This document shows, in pieces, positions 29,474-37,694 of a stretch of 64,000 bases of DNA. Position numbers and translations under genes: made by a program. How positions within the stretch are numbered: position 1 is the stretch's first letter; each line of letters starts with the position of its first letter. The stretch is taken from the NCBI GenBank assembly GCA_963705725.1, contig CAVPKM010000001.1:16618-80617 (forward strand), written 5' to 3'. The notes beneath the pieces are model-generated. The model saw nothing but the letters and a program-made list of their open reading frames with translations. It was not told the origin of the DNA and ran no database searches. The stretch comes from an uncultured Gammaproteobacteria bacterium. Its GTDB lineage: Bacteria; Pseudomonadota; Gammaproteobacteria; UBA6002.

Positions 29474-30679
29474 TTAAACTATTTGTAAAGTTGGAATAGG
29501 GATAATAAATTTTCCTCCACCATGACGAAAAGGTTGTTGCTGAAGTAAGATTTCTTCTGCAAAGTTCCAAACAAGCAATAGGGCATAGTCGATTTTTTCT
29601 TGAAGTAGTGCAGCCAAGGGTTTTATTTCAAGTTGAGTGCCTGGCGTAAAATATCCTTGCTTATGAGGACTACGGTCAACAACAAAATCAATGAGCGTAT
29701 TATTTAAACCAAAAAAATTCATCAATGTGGTGCCCTTAGCGGAAGCGCCGTATGCGGCAATTCTCTGCCCTGAATTTTTTAAATGATGTAATGTAGTTAA
29801 TAAATCGTTTTTTAACTGTAAAATTCTCTGTGAGAATGCAGAATAAAAGTTAATATTCCTGAGGCCAAGCGCCTGCTCTTTGTGTAGTAAGCTTTGAACA
29901 GTATTCGACATGTCATGAGGAAAATGTTTGATAAATAAACGTATAGAACCCCCATGAATGGAAATGAGTTCTATATCGCTGATCACCAGTTTATGGCGAG
30001 AGAAAAGTTTAGTTAAAGCAGTTAACGAAAAATAAAAAACATGTTCGTGATAAATGGTATCAAATTCGCAATCTTCAATCATTTTAAGTAAATAAGGCAC
30101 CTCGATAATGGCTGTACCAGTTGGTTTAAGTAATACTTGAATCCCGGCGGCAAAGTCTTGAATATCGGGAATATGAGCCATCACATTATTAGCATGAATA
30201 ATATCTGCTTGTTTTTTTTCTGTTACTAGCCTGCCCGCGAGAGAGGAAGAGAAGTATTCATTAATTGTGGGGATGCCTTGACTACTCGCATAATCCGCAA
30301 TATTTTTAGCCGGCTCAATACCCAGTACATTAAATGTTGAAGGGTAATTTTTTAATAGGTAACCGTCGTTGCTTGCAATTTCAATAATCGTGGCATTTTC
30401 AGGCAAATTAGGTAAGAGTCGTTCCACTAAGTGTGCACAAGAAATGAGCATCGTATCGGAATTTGACGAGAAGTAGAGATATTGATCAAATAAAATTTGT
30501 GGGGGCACGATATTTTTTAATTGTACTAGGCTACATTGTTCGCATAGCATTAAATCAAGCGGATAAGTCGGTTCAATTTGTTCAAGCGCCTCTAGCTTGA
30601 TAAAGGCATTGGCAAGGGGCATCTTTCCAAGCGATAAAATGGGGGTGAGGGGAAAATTTTCGCAAGCTCTGCAGTACAT
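29474..30679 (-). CDS. NDP-hexose C-methyltransferase
   Basis: CRAC, LGKMPLAN, CEQCSLVQL, EIASNDGYLL, FDTIYHEH and YGASAKG motifs of the TylCIII/TcaB9-like family. Confidence 0.88.
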   Translation of the reverse strand: MYCRACENFPLTPILSLGKMPLANAFIKLEALEQIEPTYPLDLMLCEQCSLVQLKNIVPPQILFDQYLYFSSNSDTMLISCAHLVERLLPNLPENATIIEIASNDGYLLKNYPSTFNVLGIEPAKNIADYASSQGIPTINEYFSSSLAGRLVTEKKQADIIHANNVMAHIPDIQDFAAGIQVLLKPTGTAIIEVPYLLKMIEDCEFDTIYHEHVFYFSLTALTKLFSRHKLVISDIELISIHGGSIRLFIKHFPHDMSNTVQSLLHKEQALGLRNINFYSAFSQRILQLKNDLLTTLHHLKNSGQRIAAYGASAKGTTLMNFFGLNNTLIDFVVDRSPHKQGYFTPGTQLEIKPLAALLQEKIDYALLLVWNFAEEILLQQQPFRHGGGKFIIPIPTLQIV

Positions 30680-30687
30680 GTTAACCT

Positions 30688-31665
30688 CTAAATCAGTAAT
30701 TCTTTATACCAGGTGATGGTTTTTCTTAACCCTTGATCAATGCCAAAAACGGGTTGCCATTGAAGTTTTTGGTGAGCTTTAGAGCAATCCAATACTTGTG
30801 CTGTTATTTCGCAAGATGCATCATCCAGAATAATCGGTTTGAAAGGACTTTCCATGAACGACAGAATTTTTTCTGTGAGTTGCAAAGCAGTCAGTGAGGA
30901 TCCGTTAGAAAAGTTAAACGCTTCGCCCCTCAGGGTGGGATCTTGGTTCATCTTTTGAGCTAAAACAAGGTAGGCGCTAACTGCATCTTCGACATAAATA
31001 TAATCTCTAACCAGCTGGCCGTTTGAACGAATGATAGGCGATTCATTGCGCAAAATTTGTCGAATCGTACCTGGCACGAGTCGACTCCAATTTAAGTCGC
31101 CGCCGCCAAAGAAGTTGCCGCAACGTGTGATCGAAACGGGTAAATGCCAAGTTTTTGCATAACACATTCCAAGCATGTCGGCGCATGCTTTACTGACATC
31201 ATAAGGATAGATGGCAGCGAGAGGATTATCTTCGCGATAGGGTAGTGGACTATCCCCATAAACCTTATCCGTTGAAGCAATAATGATTTCAGAAACGGAT
31301 TTTTTATAGCGACAGCTCTCTAATAAATTCCAAGTGCCGGCAATATTACTTTGAAACGTAGAAAGGGGGTGCGTATTGGCGATGGGTACAATTGTTTGCG
31401 CAGCCAGATGAAATACCGTATTGATTTCATACTCGTTGATAATGCGTTCCAATAGATATTGATCATTTAAATCACCACTGATGACGGTGACTTGTTTTAA
31501 ATGGTTTTGGATTAACAGGCTGTTTGGGACAAAATCTCGTAAGAGAATTATCACATCAGCCTTGAGTTCAACCAACGCGTTGACTAACCAACTCCCTACT
31601 AAGCCGGTTGCGCCAGTAACGAAAACTCGACGATCTCTCCAAAAATCCTTTACCAAAATTTCCAT
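30688..31665 (-). CDS. rfbG: CDP-glucose 4,6-dehydratase-like SDR
   Basis: FW-x-x-RRVFVTGATGLVGSWL, HLAAQ, STDKVY, YDVSK and GNFFGGGD motifs; directly follows rfbF. Confidence 0.78.
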   Translation of the reverse strand: MEILVKDFWRDRRVFVTGATGLVGSWLVNALVELKADVIILLRDFVPNSLLIQNHLKQVTVISGDLNDQYLLERIINEYEINTVFHLAAQTIVPIANTHPLSTFQSNIAGTWNLLESCRYKKSVSEIIIASTDKVYGDSPLPYREDNPLAAIYPYDVSKACADMLGMCYAKTWHLPVSITRCGNFFGGGDLNWSRLVPGTIRQILRNESPIIRSNGQLVRDYIYVEDAVSAYLVLAQKMNQDPTLRGEAFNFSNGSSLTALQLTEKILSFMESPFKPIILDDASCEITAQVLDCSKAHQKLQWQPVFGIDQGLRKTITWYKELLI

Positions 31666-32438
31666 GGCCGATTACCTGAATTCCATAAATCTTCTAAATA
31701 TTTTAAATCTCTAACCGTATCAACGCATTGCCAAAATCCATCATGACAGAAAGCAGCAAGTTCATTTTGCATTGCTAAATCTTCGAGTAACTCCCTCTCT
31801 AGACTGCTTAAATCCCCCGAAATTTTTTTAAGAACGGCAGTGTTAAAAACTAGATAACCGCCATTAATCCAACCTTCACCAATTTGTGGCTTTTCTGTAA
31901 AATTTTTGACTAAAAAATTTTCACAAAGCTCAAGCCCGCCGAATCTTGCAGGGGGTCTAACTGCAGTAATAGTCGCTAGCTTGCCATGACTTTGATGAAA
32001 TGCAATCAATTTGTCAATGGGGACATTACTGACGCCATCACCATAGGTGACCATGAATAATTCATTTGTCAGCATTGAGGCAACTTTTTTAACCCGACCG
32101 CCTGTTTGAGTATGGAGTCCGGTGTCTTCAAGATGAACAATCCACTCATCTTGTTCTCTTTGGATCAGATGATTCGTGCCATTTTTGATTTCTATCGTTA
32201 AATTGCCATTTAGTTCTCGGTAATCTAAGAAATAGCGCTTGATCATATCAGCGCGATAGCCAAGTGCAATAATAAATTCATTGTAACCAAAGTAAGAATA
32301 GTGCTTCAGGATATGCCAAAGGATCGGACGACCGCCAATCTCGACCATGGGCTTGGGTTTAGAGACAGTTTCCTCTGTTAAGCGGGTTCCAAAGCCTCCA
32401 GCTAATATAATGGTTTTGATCTTAGTCATGTTGTTCAT
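31650..32438 (-). CDS. rfbF: Glucose-1-phosphate cytidylyltransferase
   Basis: LAGGFGTRL-x-EET, KPKPMVEIGG, DTG-x-x-TQTGGR, TYGDG and HDGFWQC-x-DT-x-RD motifs. Confidence 0.93.
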   Translation of the reverse strand: MNNMTKIKTIILAGGFGTRLTEETVSKPKPMVEIGGRPILWHILKHYSYFGYNEFIIALGYRADMIKRYFLDYRELNGNLTIEIKNGTNHLIQREQDEWIVHLEDTGLHTQTGGRVKKVASMLTNELFMVTYGDGVSNVPIDKLIAFHQSHGKLATITAVRPPARFGGLELCENFLVKNFTEKPQIGEGWINGGYLVFNTAVLKKISGDLSSLERELLEDLAMQNELAAFCHDGFWQCVDTVRDLKYLEDLWNSGNRPWKFW

Positions 32439-32544
32439 CCCATCTCAACGTCGTTAATAAGTGTGCAGATGGTATAAACCATTTTGGTGGGTGTAAATAT
32501 TTTTTGATTAAAGAATTTTGTGTTATCCTGCCGCAAAACAATAA

Positions 32545-33537
32545 ATGGAGAGTAGCATGAGGCAAGAGATGGATGACGATAGGCTAGAAATAGAGCCCAA
32601 AGAGAATTTATATCAACAAGATTCTGAAATTGAATTTTTATCTATGTTACTTCCGCTACTTAAATATAAAACTTTTATTGATATTGGAGCGGAAGAAGGC
32701 AGTTTTAGCCGTTTTCTTGTTTCTTACGGGTTAAAAGGGGTGATTGTTGAGCCTGCCCCTAAGTTCACTTTAATGCTGAGTAGTTTTGCAGAGCAAAATG
32801 GATGTGTCTTGCTGTCTTATGCTATTCACCATCAAGATGATATGGCCGACTTTTATTCTGCTTTTGATTGCACAAATCAAGCACAGCACCAATTTTCTTC
32901 CCTCCATCCCCTAAACAATGACAGAAGGTTGCATCACAAAAAAGTGGCGACTGTTTGCTGTCGTAGTCTAAACAGCTTGTTGCAGGAAGGAGTGATTGAT
33001 CAGCGTATCGGGATTTTAAAAATTGACACAGAGGGGAATGATCTCAATGTATTGAAAGGCATGACTGACGTTAAGCCTGAGATTATTATGTGCGAGTTCT
33101 TCATGCCTGGTGTTTATCAAGGTTGGGAACTTGGACATCCATCGGGCTTGATCGAAGAAGCAAAAAAATTGGGTTTCAATCATTATATTGCAATCAAAAG
33201 ATTTGATGAATATGAAATGTGCTCCATTAATTCCAATACTTTTGTCGATGAGCAATGGGGGAATTTAATTTTTATAGCAGATAACATTTATGAAGCCACA
33301 AAGAATCAGCTGTTTGCGTTGCTTAGACAAAAAGAGGTGTCGTTGAGCGAAATGGTATTGAGAAATACTCAAGACCTACGTCAAACTTGCAACGAACGCC
33401 TGGGTATTATTCAAATACTTAATCCGGAAATTAAAACCGAGCAGGAAGTGAAATCTGTCACTAGTGGGGTAGTGGTAAATAACAACAATAATAATTATCT
33501 TTTTTGCTCCGGATCAGCTCGATGCATTGCTAAATAA
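32545..33537 (+). CDS. FkbM-family methyltransferase
   Basis: FIDIGA, VEP and LKIDTEG-x-D-x-x-VLKG motifs. Confidence 0.85.
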   Translation: MESSMRQEMDDDRLEIEPKENLYQQDSEIEFLSMLLPLLKYKTFIDIGAEEGSFSRFLVSYGLKGVIVEPAPKFTLMLSSFAEQNGCVLLSYAIHHQDDMADFYSAFDCTNQAQHQFSSLHPLNNDRRLHHKKVATVCCRSLNSLLQEGVIDQRIGILKIDTEGNDLNVLKGMTDVKPEIIMCEFFMPGVYQGWELGHPSGLIEEAKKLGFNHYIAIKRFDEYEMCSINSNTFVDEQWGNLIFIADNIYEATKNQLFALLRQKEVSLSEMVLRNTQDLRQTCNERLGIIQILNPEIKTEQEVKSVTSGVVVNNNNNNYLFCSGSARCIAK

Positions 33538-34552
33538 ATATAAATCGGTTGGCATGAAGCCTAATAATAATAATGAGCTTGGCACTAAACGACTGGAAGA
33601 TTGTTTGAATCGCATAAATGATAGCCTGTTTATCATGAAGTTGTTCAATCCCTATATTATTCAGAGAAAAATTAAAAATATTTTCCAGCCGGTCTTAGGT
33701 ATTCTTTATCAGTATGCGCCTAGAAGGTTAATGATCCCTAAGCGGTATTATGCAACAAAGATATTAAATGCCACACCCAGGATCAGCATTGTCACACCTT
33801 CTTATAATCAAGGTCGCTTTATAGAGCGCACCATCCTAAGTGTCTTACAGCAAAACTATCCTAATCTGGAATACATTGTTCAAGATGGCGCTTCAAAAGA
33901 TAAATCGCTCGCGATTATTAATAAATATAAACAGTCGCTGAAGCATTGGGAATCTATAAAAGATAAAGGTCAAGCGAATGCCATTAATCTTGGCTTTAAG
34001 CACGCAACAGGCGAGATTATGGCTTATTTAAATTCTGATGACTTACTTCTGCCAGGAACATTGAATTACATCGTTGATTATTTCAATAAGCATCCAGAAG
34101 TCGATGTGATTTATGGACAGCGTATCATTCTGAATGAAGATGATAATGAAATCGGAAGATGGATTTTGCCTAAACACTGTGATGAGATTATCAGGTGGGT
34201 TGACTATATTCCTCAAGAAACACTTTTTTGGCGACGTCGGATTTGGGAAAAAGTAGGCGGAGAGCTAGATGAAAGCTTCAATTTCGCGATGGATTGGAAT
34301 TTAATTATTCGGTTCCAAGATGCAGGTGCCAAGTTTGCCAGACTGCCTCGTTTCTTAGGTGGATTTAGAGTGCATAGCCAACAAAAAACCTCAGCAATGG
34401 AACAAGTTGGAATAGCAGAAGTGGGTCGTGTTCGTGCCCATTGTCATGGGTACACGGTGAGCCACTTTGACATTAATCGAAAATCTAAATCCTATTTAAA
34501 CAGACATGTCATCGCTAATCTATTCTATCGACTTGGTATCCTTCGGTATTAG
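33527..34552 (+). CDS. GT2 glycosyltransferase, possibly fused to the upstream FkbM gene
   Basis: ISIVTPSYNQG-x-FIE-x-TI-x-SV, DGASKD, YLNSDD and AMDW motifs. Confidence 0.9.
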   Translation: MLNKYKSVGMKPNNNNELGTKRLEDCLNRINDSLFIMKLFNPYIIQRKIKNIFQPVLGILYQYAPRRLMIPKRYYATKILNATPRISIVTPSYNQGRFIERTILSVLQQNYPNLEYIVQDGASKDKSLAIINKYKQSLKHWESIKDKGQANAINLGFKHATGEIMAYLNSDDLLLPGTLNYIVDYFNKHPEVDVIYGQRIILNEDDNEIGRWILPKHCDEIIRWVDYIPQETLFWRRRIWEKVGGELDESFNFAMDWNLIIRFQDAGAKFARLPRFLGGFRVHSQQKTSAMEQVGIAEVGRVRAHCHGYTVSHFDINRKSKSYLNRHVIANLFYRLGILRY

Positions 34553-34720
34553 TTATTTAGCAAAGGGATGGAAATGTCCATATTTTGCCACCTTCGGACC
34601 AAAAATTTATTTAAACTGCTCACAGACTTGTGTGTGCGGAGCTATTAAATAAATTTTTTGTCCGAATCTGGCTAAAATCTGAACGTTTAGCGACTTTTAG
34701 CATTTGAGCTAAATAGAATA
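34549..34720 (+). repeat. Full-length ~172-bp palindromic element (copy B)
   Basis: Termini TATTTAGC/GCTAAATA. Internal stem 34593-34614 pairs with 34645-34666 at 21/22. Collinear with the reverse complement of 27118-27292. Confidence 0.85.
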
Positions 34721-34744
34721 TTTTTTTAGTAAAGGGATATTTTC

Positions 34745-37681
34745 ATGCAGGTTACTAATGTGATGGCATTCCTTATGCCGATCGCACTGTTTCTCTATTG
34801 GGGTGCGATAGGTTATGCAGGACTGACCTTGCTCAATCCAAAACAACCTATTCTTAAAAATCTTTTATTTTCACCTATTATTGGAGTGTCGATTAACCTG
34901 CTGCCACTTGTTTGGTTAAATCGTTTTGGATTGCCGGTTGCTTCCTTTGCTGTGCCACTTGCTCTTGGTCTTTTTATAGTTAGCGGTTTCATCTTGATCG
35001 CGAAACGACCATATTTTCCACTAAAGCAATATCTTCCTTTTTTCGGAATATTTTTCTTAGCATTGCTGATTACGGGCCATCCTTTACTCCAGTTTGGTTT
35101 TGATTGGGTTAGCTATGTCAATGATGATATGACTAATTATTGTTTAATGGCGGCGCGCTTATTGAAACATGGATTTTTTGAGCTGCCAAATATTAATCAT
35201 CTAATAAATTACAATGATGGCACTTATTTTGCTTGGTTGATTCATGTCCCATCAGGAAGCCGATTTGGTGCAGATATTTTACTTGCACTTGTTAGCGGGC
35301 TGATGAATTTAAAAACAACAAAATGTTTTATGCCGCTTATATTAAGTTTTCATTTGATTTTGATCAGTACAACAGGGGCGATGGCTATTGATCATAAAAA
35401 AAATCGATCGCTCGCCTTATTTGCTTGTGCATTAGTTACTTTTTGTGCCCTGGTGACTTTTGGTACTTTATATCAATTGATTGCACAAGTGTTAGGACTT
35501 AGTTTGTTAATTGCTTCATTGTTATTACTATGTAAGCCGGTTACTGAAAACAATTTTATAAGGAGAGGAATGCTTCTTGGCATGGTTACTTCGGCCTTAT
35601 TGATCTCCTACTCAGAGGCAGTGCCATTTTTAGGATTGGCTTATTTATTGTTCGTTGGATTAAATTTCCGTCGATTCGCTTATTTCCATCATTCCTGGAA
35701 TCAACTGTCTCAGTTACGACTTTTGAGGATCCTGCGGACAAGGGATCGGACAACATGGACAAAAAATGAATATTATAATCAGTATTACTTGCGCATGTTA
35801 GTCGTTGCATTGATCCTTTTTCTACTGTTCACCAACACCTATTTAATTTCAAGTCTGTTTTATCTTTATGAGCAGGTTGCGACAGGTTTTGCGACAATTC
35901 ATTCTAAAATCAGTATTTTATTTCCTTTCTTCTTAATTCCAAGCGGATTAGCCGATTTTTGGGGACTGCAAGCAGAATCTTTTTATTTTCAAGATCCTTG
36001 GATGTCGCTAACAATTATATTGGGCGCGATTTTTAGTTTGATCGCATTTGTTGGCAGCCTTTTTCTGCTATTTAAATTTCGATTACCCTCAGCAATCATG
36101 ACTTTTGCTATGTTAATCGTTGGCATACAGTTATTTGTAAGTCATTCAGACTTCGGATTATTTAAGCTGGGGATGTATATCCAACCGTTTGTGTTAACCA
36201 CGATAGCAATTTTGCTTTTCGAGCTGATAAAGAATAAAAAAATCCGACTTTTATTGTTAGTGATGCTGCTTTCTTCAAATGTGTTTGCTTTAAATTATTA
36301 TATATCGAGAAGTAAGGGGGAGATTGCGGGATCTTTTGCAGAGATTCCCTTTGCTTCGAGTTCTAAAATCGCTCGTGAATTTTCTGGCCTTTATAATAAA
36401 GTTCCAGAAGGGAAAAAGGTTAGACTCAATGATCAAAATTATCAATTATTTAAATTATTAGCAGTAGAATTTGATAATAACAAAGCGATTGACTCAAATG
36501 TGGGATTAATTGCTTTACGTAGACGACCAGTAAAGAATGTCACGAATACAGAATTTGAAAAACATTTTTTTAATTCTGATGCTGAATATCAGTTCAAGAA
36601 AAAAATTGAAACTGAATTAATAAAAAAAGAACTTTCATGGCCAGATAAAAAAATAACGACTTTCTCATTTTCGGCAATTAATCATTCTCATCAAGACCCA
36701 AATAACACAGTAGTGATAACCTCGACTTCTCAACGAACGGTTATCAATAGTAGAAAGACGGAGAAGGCGAGAGGGAATTTTATTCTCACGAATTGGTCCG
36801 ACACAGAAAATATATTGGAATTCATCAACAGTTCGCTTGGCCTTTCTTCTAGCGCTTCACCCACGCGATCAAATGTTACATTAGATAATATAGAGCCTGA
36901 CTTTTACTATCCAGGCAAACTCATGCAGGCGATCGGACAGTATTTATTTTTTAAAGCGTTAAATCCTACTCACTCGGTGAGAGTGGCACTTTCTATTACA
37001 AACAGTCTAAGTCTTGATGGTGTAAATAAATTGCCGGCAGCTTCTGTACTTGGCAATTCACGTGCGATGTTTGAAGTAATGGGTCGTGGTTCGGCGCGTG
37101 TTTTTTCGTCCCCATTGGCAGCTAAGAAGTTTGAAGGAGAACATTATCTTTTGTTAGATGTAAACGGGCTACCTTATAGTTTTCCTGAAGTGAAACCAGG
37201 CCTAATGAAACTTTATGGAAATTCAATTTCCGTTATGACTAAGAGTTTAGTGAGTTTTGCAAGAGAAATTTCACTCGTTTCAGAAAAGGAATATGATGCG
37301 CTTATCCCTCCCACACAAGTTGAAAAATTTCCACAAGATCTGGCCAATAGTAGTTTGGAATATTCAGGAATTTATGAGGATGGCTGGTTATCGGAAAATG
37401 CTTTTTTAATTTTGAAAAAAGCAAAATCACAAAAAAAAATACAGCTTAAATTTATGATTCCAGCAATTGATAAAAATTTCAGCACGCAGCTGACTGTGTT
37501 GCTAAATGGAAAGAAAATCTTAGTTAAGCCACTTGCTCCAGGGATGCATGATTATGTTATCCCTCAAACATCAGGCCTGATTGGAAAATGCAAAGTCGAA
37601 CTGCATTTTAGTAAATTTCAAAGGCTACCTGGCATTGAACGACCCGTTGCTGCCTGGATTCAGTTTATTGGTTTTCAATAA
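34745..37681 (+). CDS. Large polytopic membrane protein with C-terminal soluble domain, GT-C-like, paralog 1
   Basis: Many hydrophobic helices in the first ~520 aa, a conserved loop SYVNDDMTNYC, and a hydrophilic beta-rich C-terminal half containing YSGIYEDGW. Confidence 0.65.
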   Translation: MQVTNVMAFLMPIALFLYWGAIGYAGLTLLNPKQPILKNLLFSPIIGVSINLLPLVWLNRFGLPVASFAVPLALGLFIVSGFILIAKRPYFPLKQYLPFFGIFFLALLITGHPLLQFGFDWVSYVNDDMTNYCLMAARLLKHGFFELPNINHLINYNDGTYFAWLIHVPSGSRFGADILLALVSGLMNLKTTKCFMPLILSFHLILISTTGAMAIDHKKNRSLALFACALVTFCALVTFGTLYQLIAQVLGLSLLIASLLLLCKPVTENNFIRRGMLLGMVTSALLISYSEAVPFLGLAYLLFVGLNFRRFAYFHHSWNQLSQLRLLRILRTRDRTTWTKNEYYNQYYLRMLVVALILFLLFTNTYLISSLFYLYEQVATGFATIHSKISILFPFFLIPSGLADFWGLQAESFYFQDPWMSLTIILGAIFSLIAFVGSLFLLFKFRLPSAIMTFAMLIVGIQLFVSHSDFGLFKLGMYIQPFVLTTIAILLFELIKNKKIRLLLLVMLLSSNVFALNYYISRSKGEIAGSFAEIPFASSSKIAREFSGLYNKVPEGKKVRLNDQNYQLFKLLAVEFDNNKAIDSNVGLIALRRRPVKNVTNTEFEKHFFNSDAEYQFKKKIETELIKKELSWPDKKITTFSFSAINHSHQDPNNTVVITSTSQRTVINSRKTEKARGNFILTNWSDTENILEFINSSLGLSSSASPTRSNVTLDNIEPDFYYPGKLMQAIGQYLFFKALNPTHSVRVALSITNSLSLDGVNKLPAASVLGNSRAMFEVMGRGSARVFSSPLAAKKFEGEHYLLLDVNGLPYSFPEVKPGLMKLYGNSISVMTKSLVSFAREISLVSEKEYDALIPPTQVEKFPQDLANSSLEYSGIYEDGWLSENAFLILKKAKSQKKIQLKFMIPAIDKNFSTQLTVLLNGKKILVKPLAPGMHDYVIPQTSGLIGKCKVELHFSKFQRLPGIERPVAAWIQFIGFQ

Positions 37682-37694
37682 ATAGAGTAAATCT

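Noticed and set aside
33478-33575. AAY microsatellites (poly-Asn) as a phase-variation tract
   Set aside because: They are short, mixed AAC/AAT, in-frame triplets; a length change would not switch expression.
27118-34720. CRISPR array
   Set aside because: The repeats are dispersed, long and variable, with no regular spacers and no cas genes.
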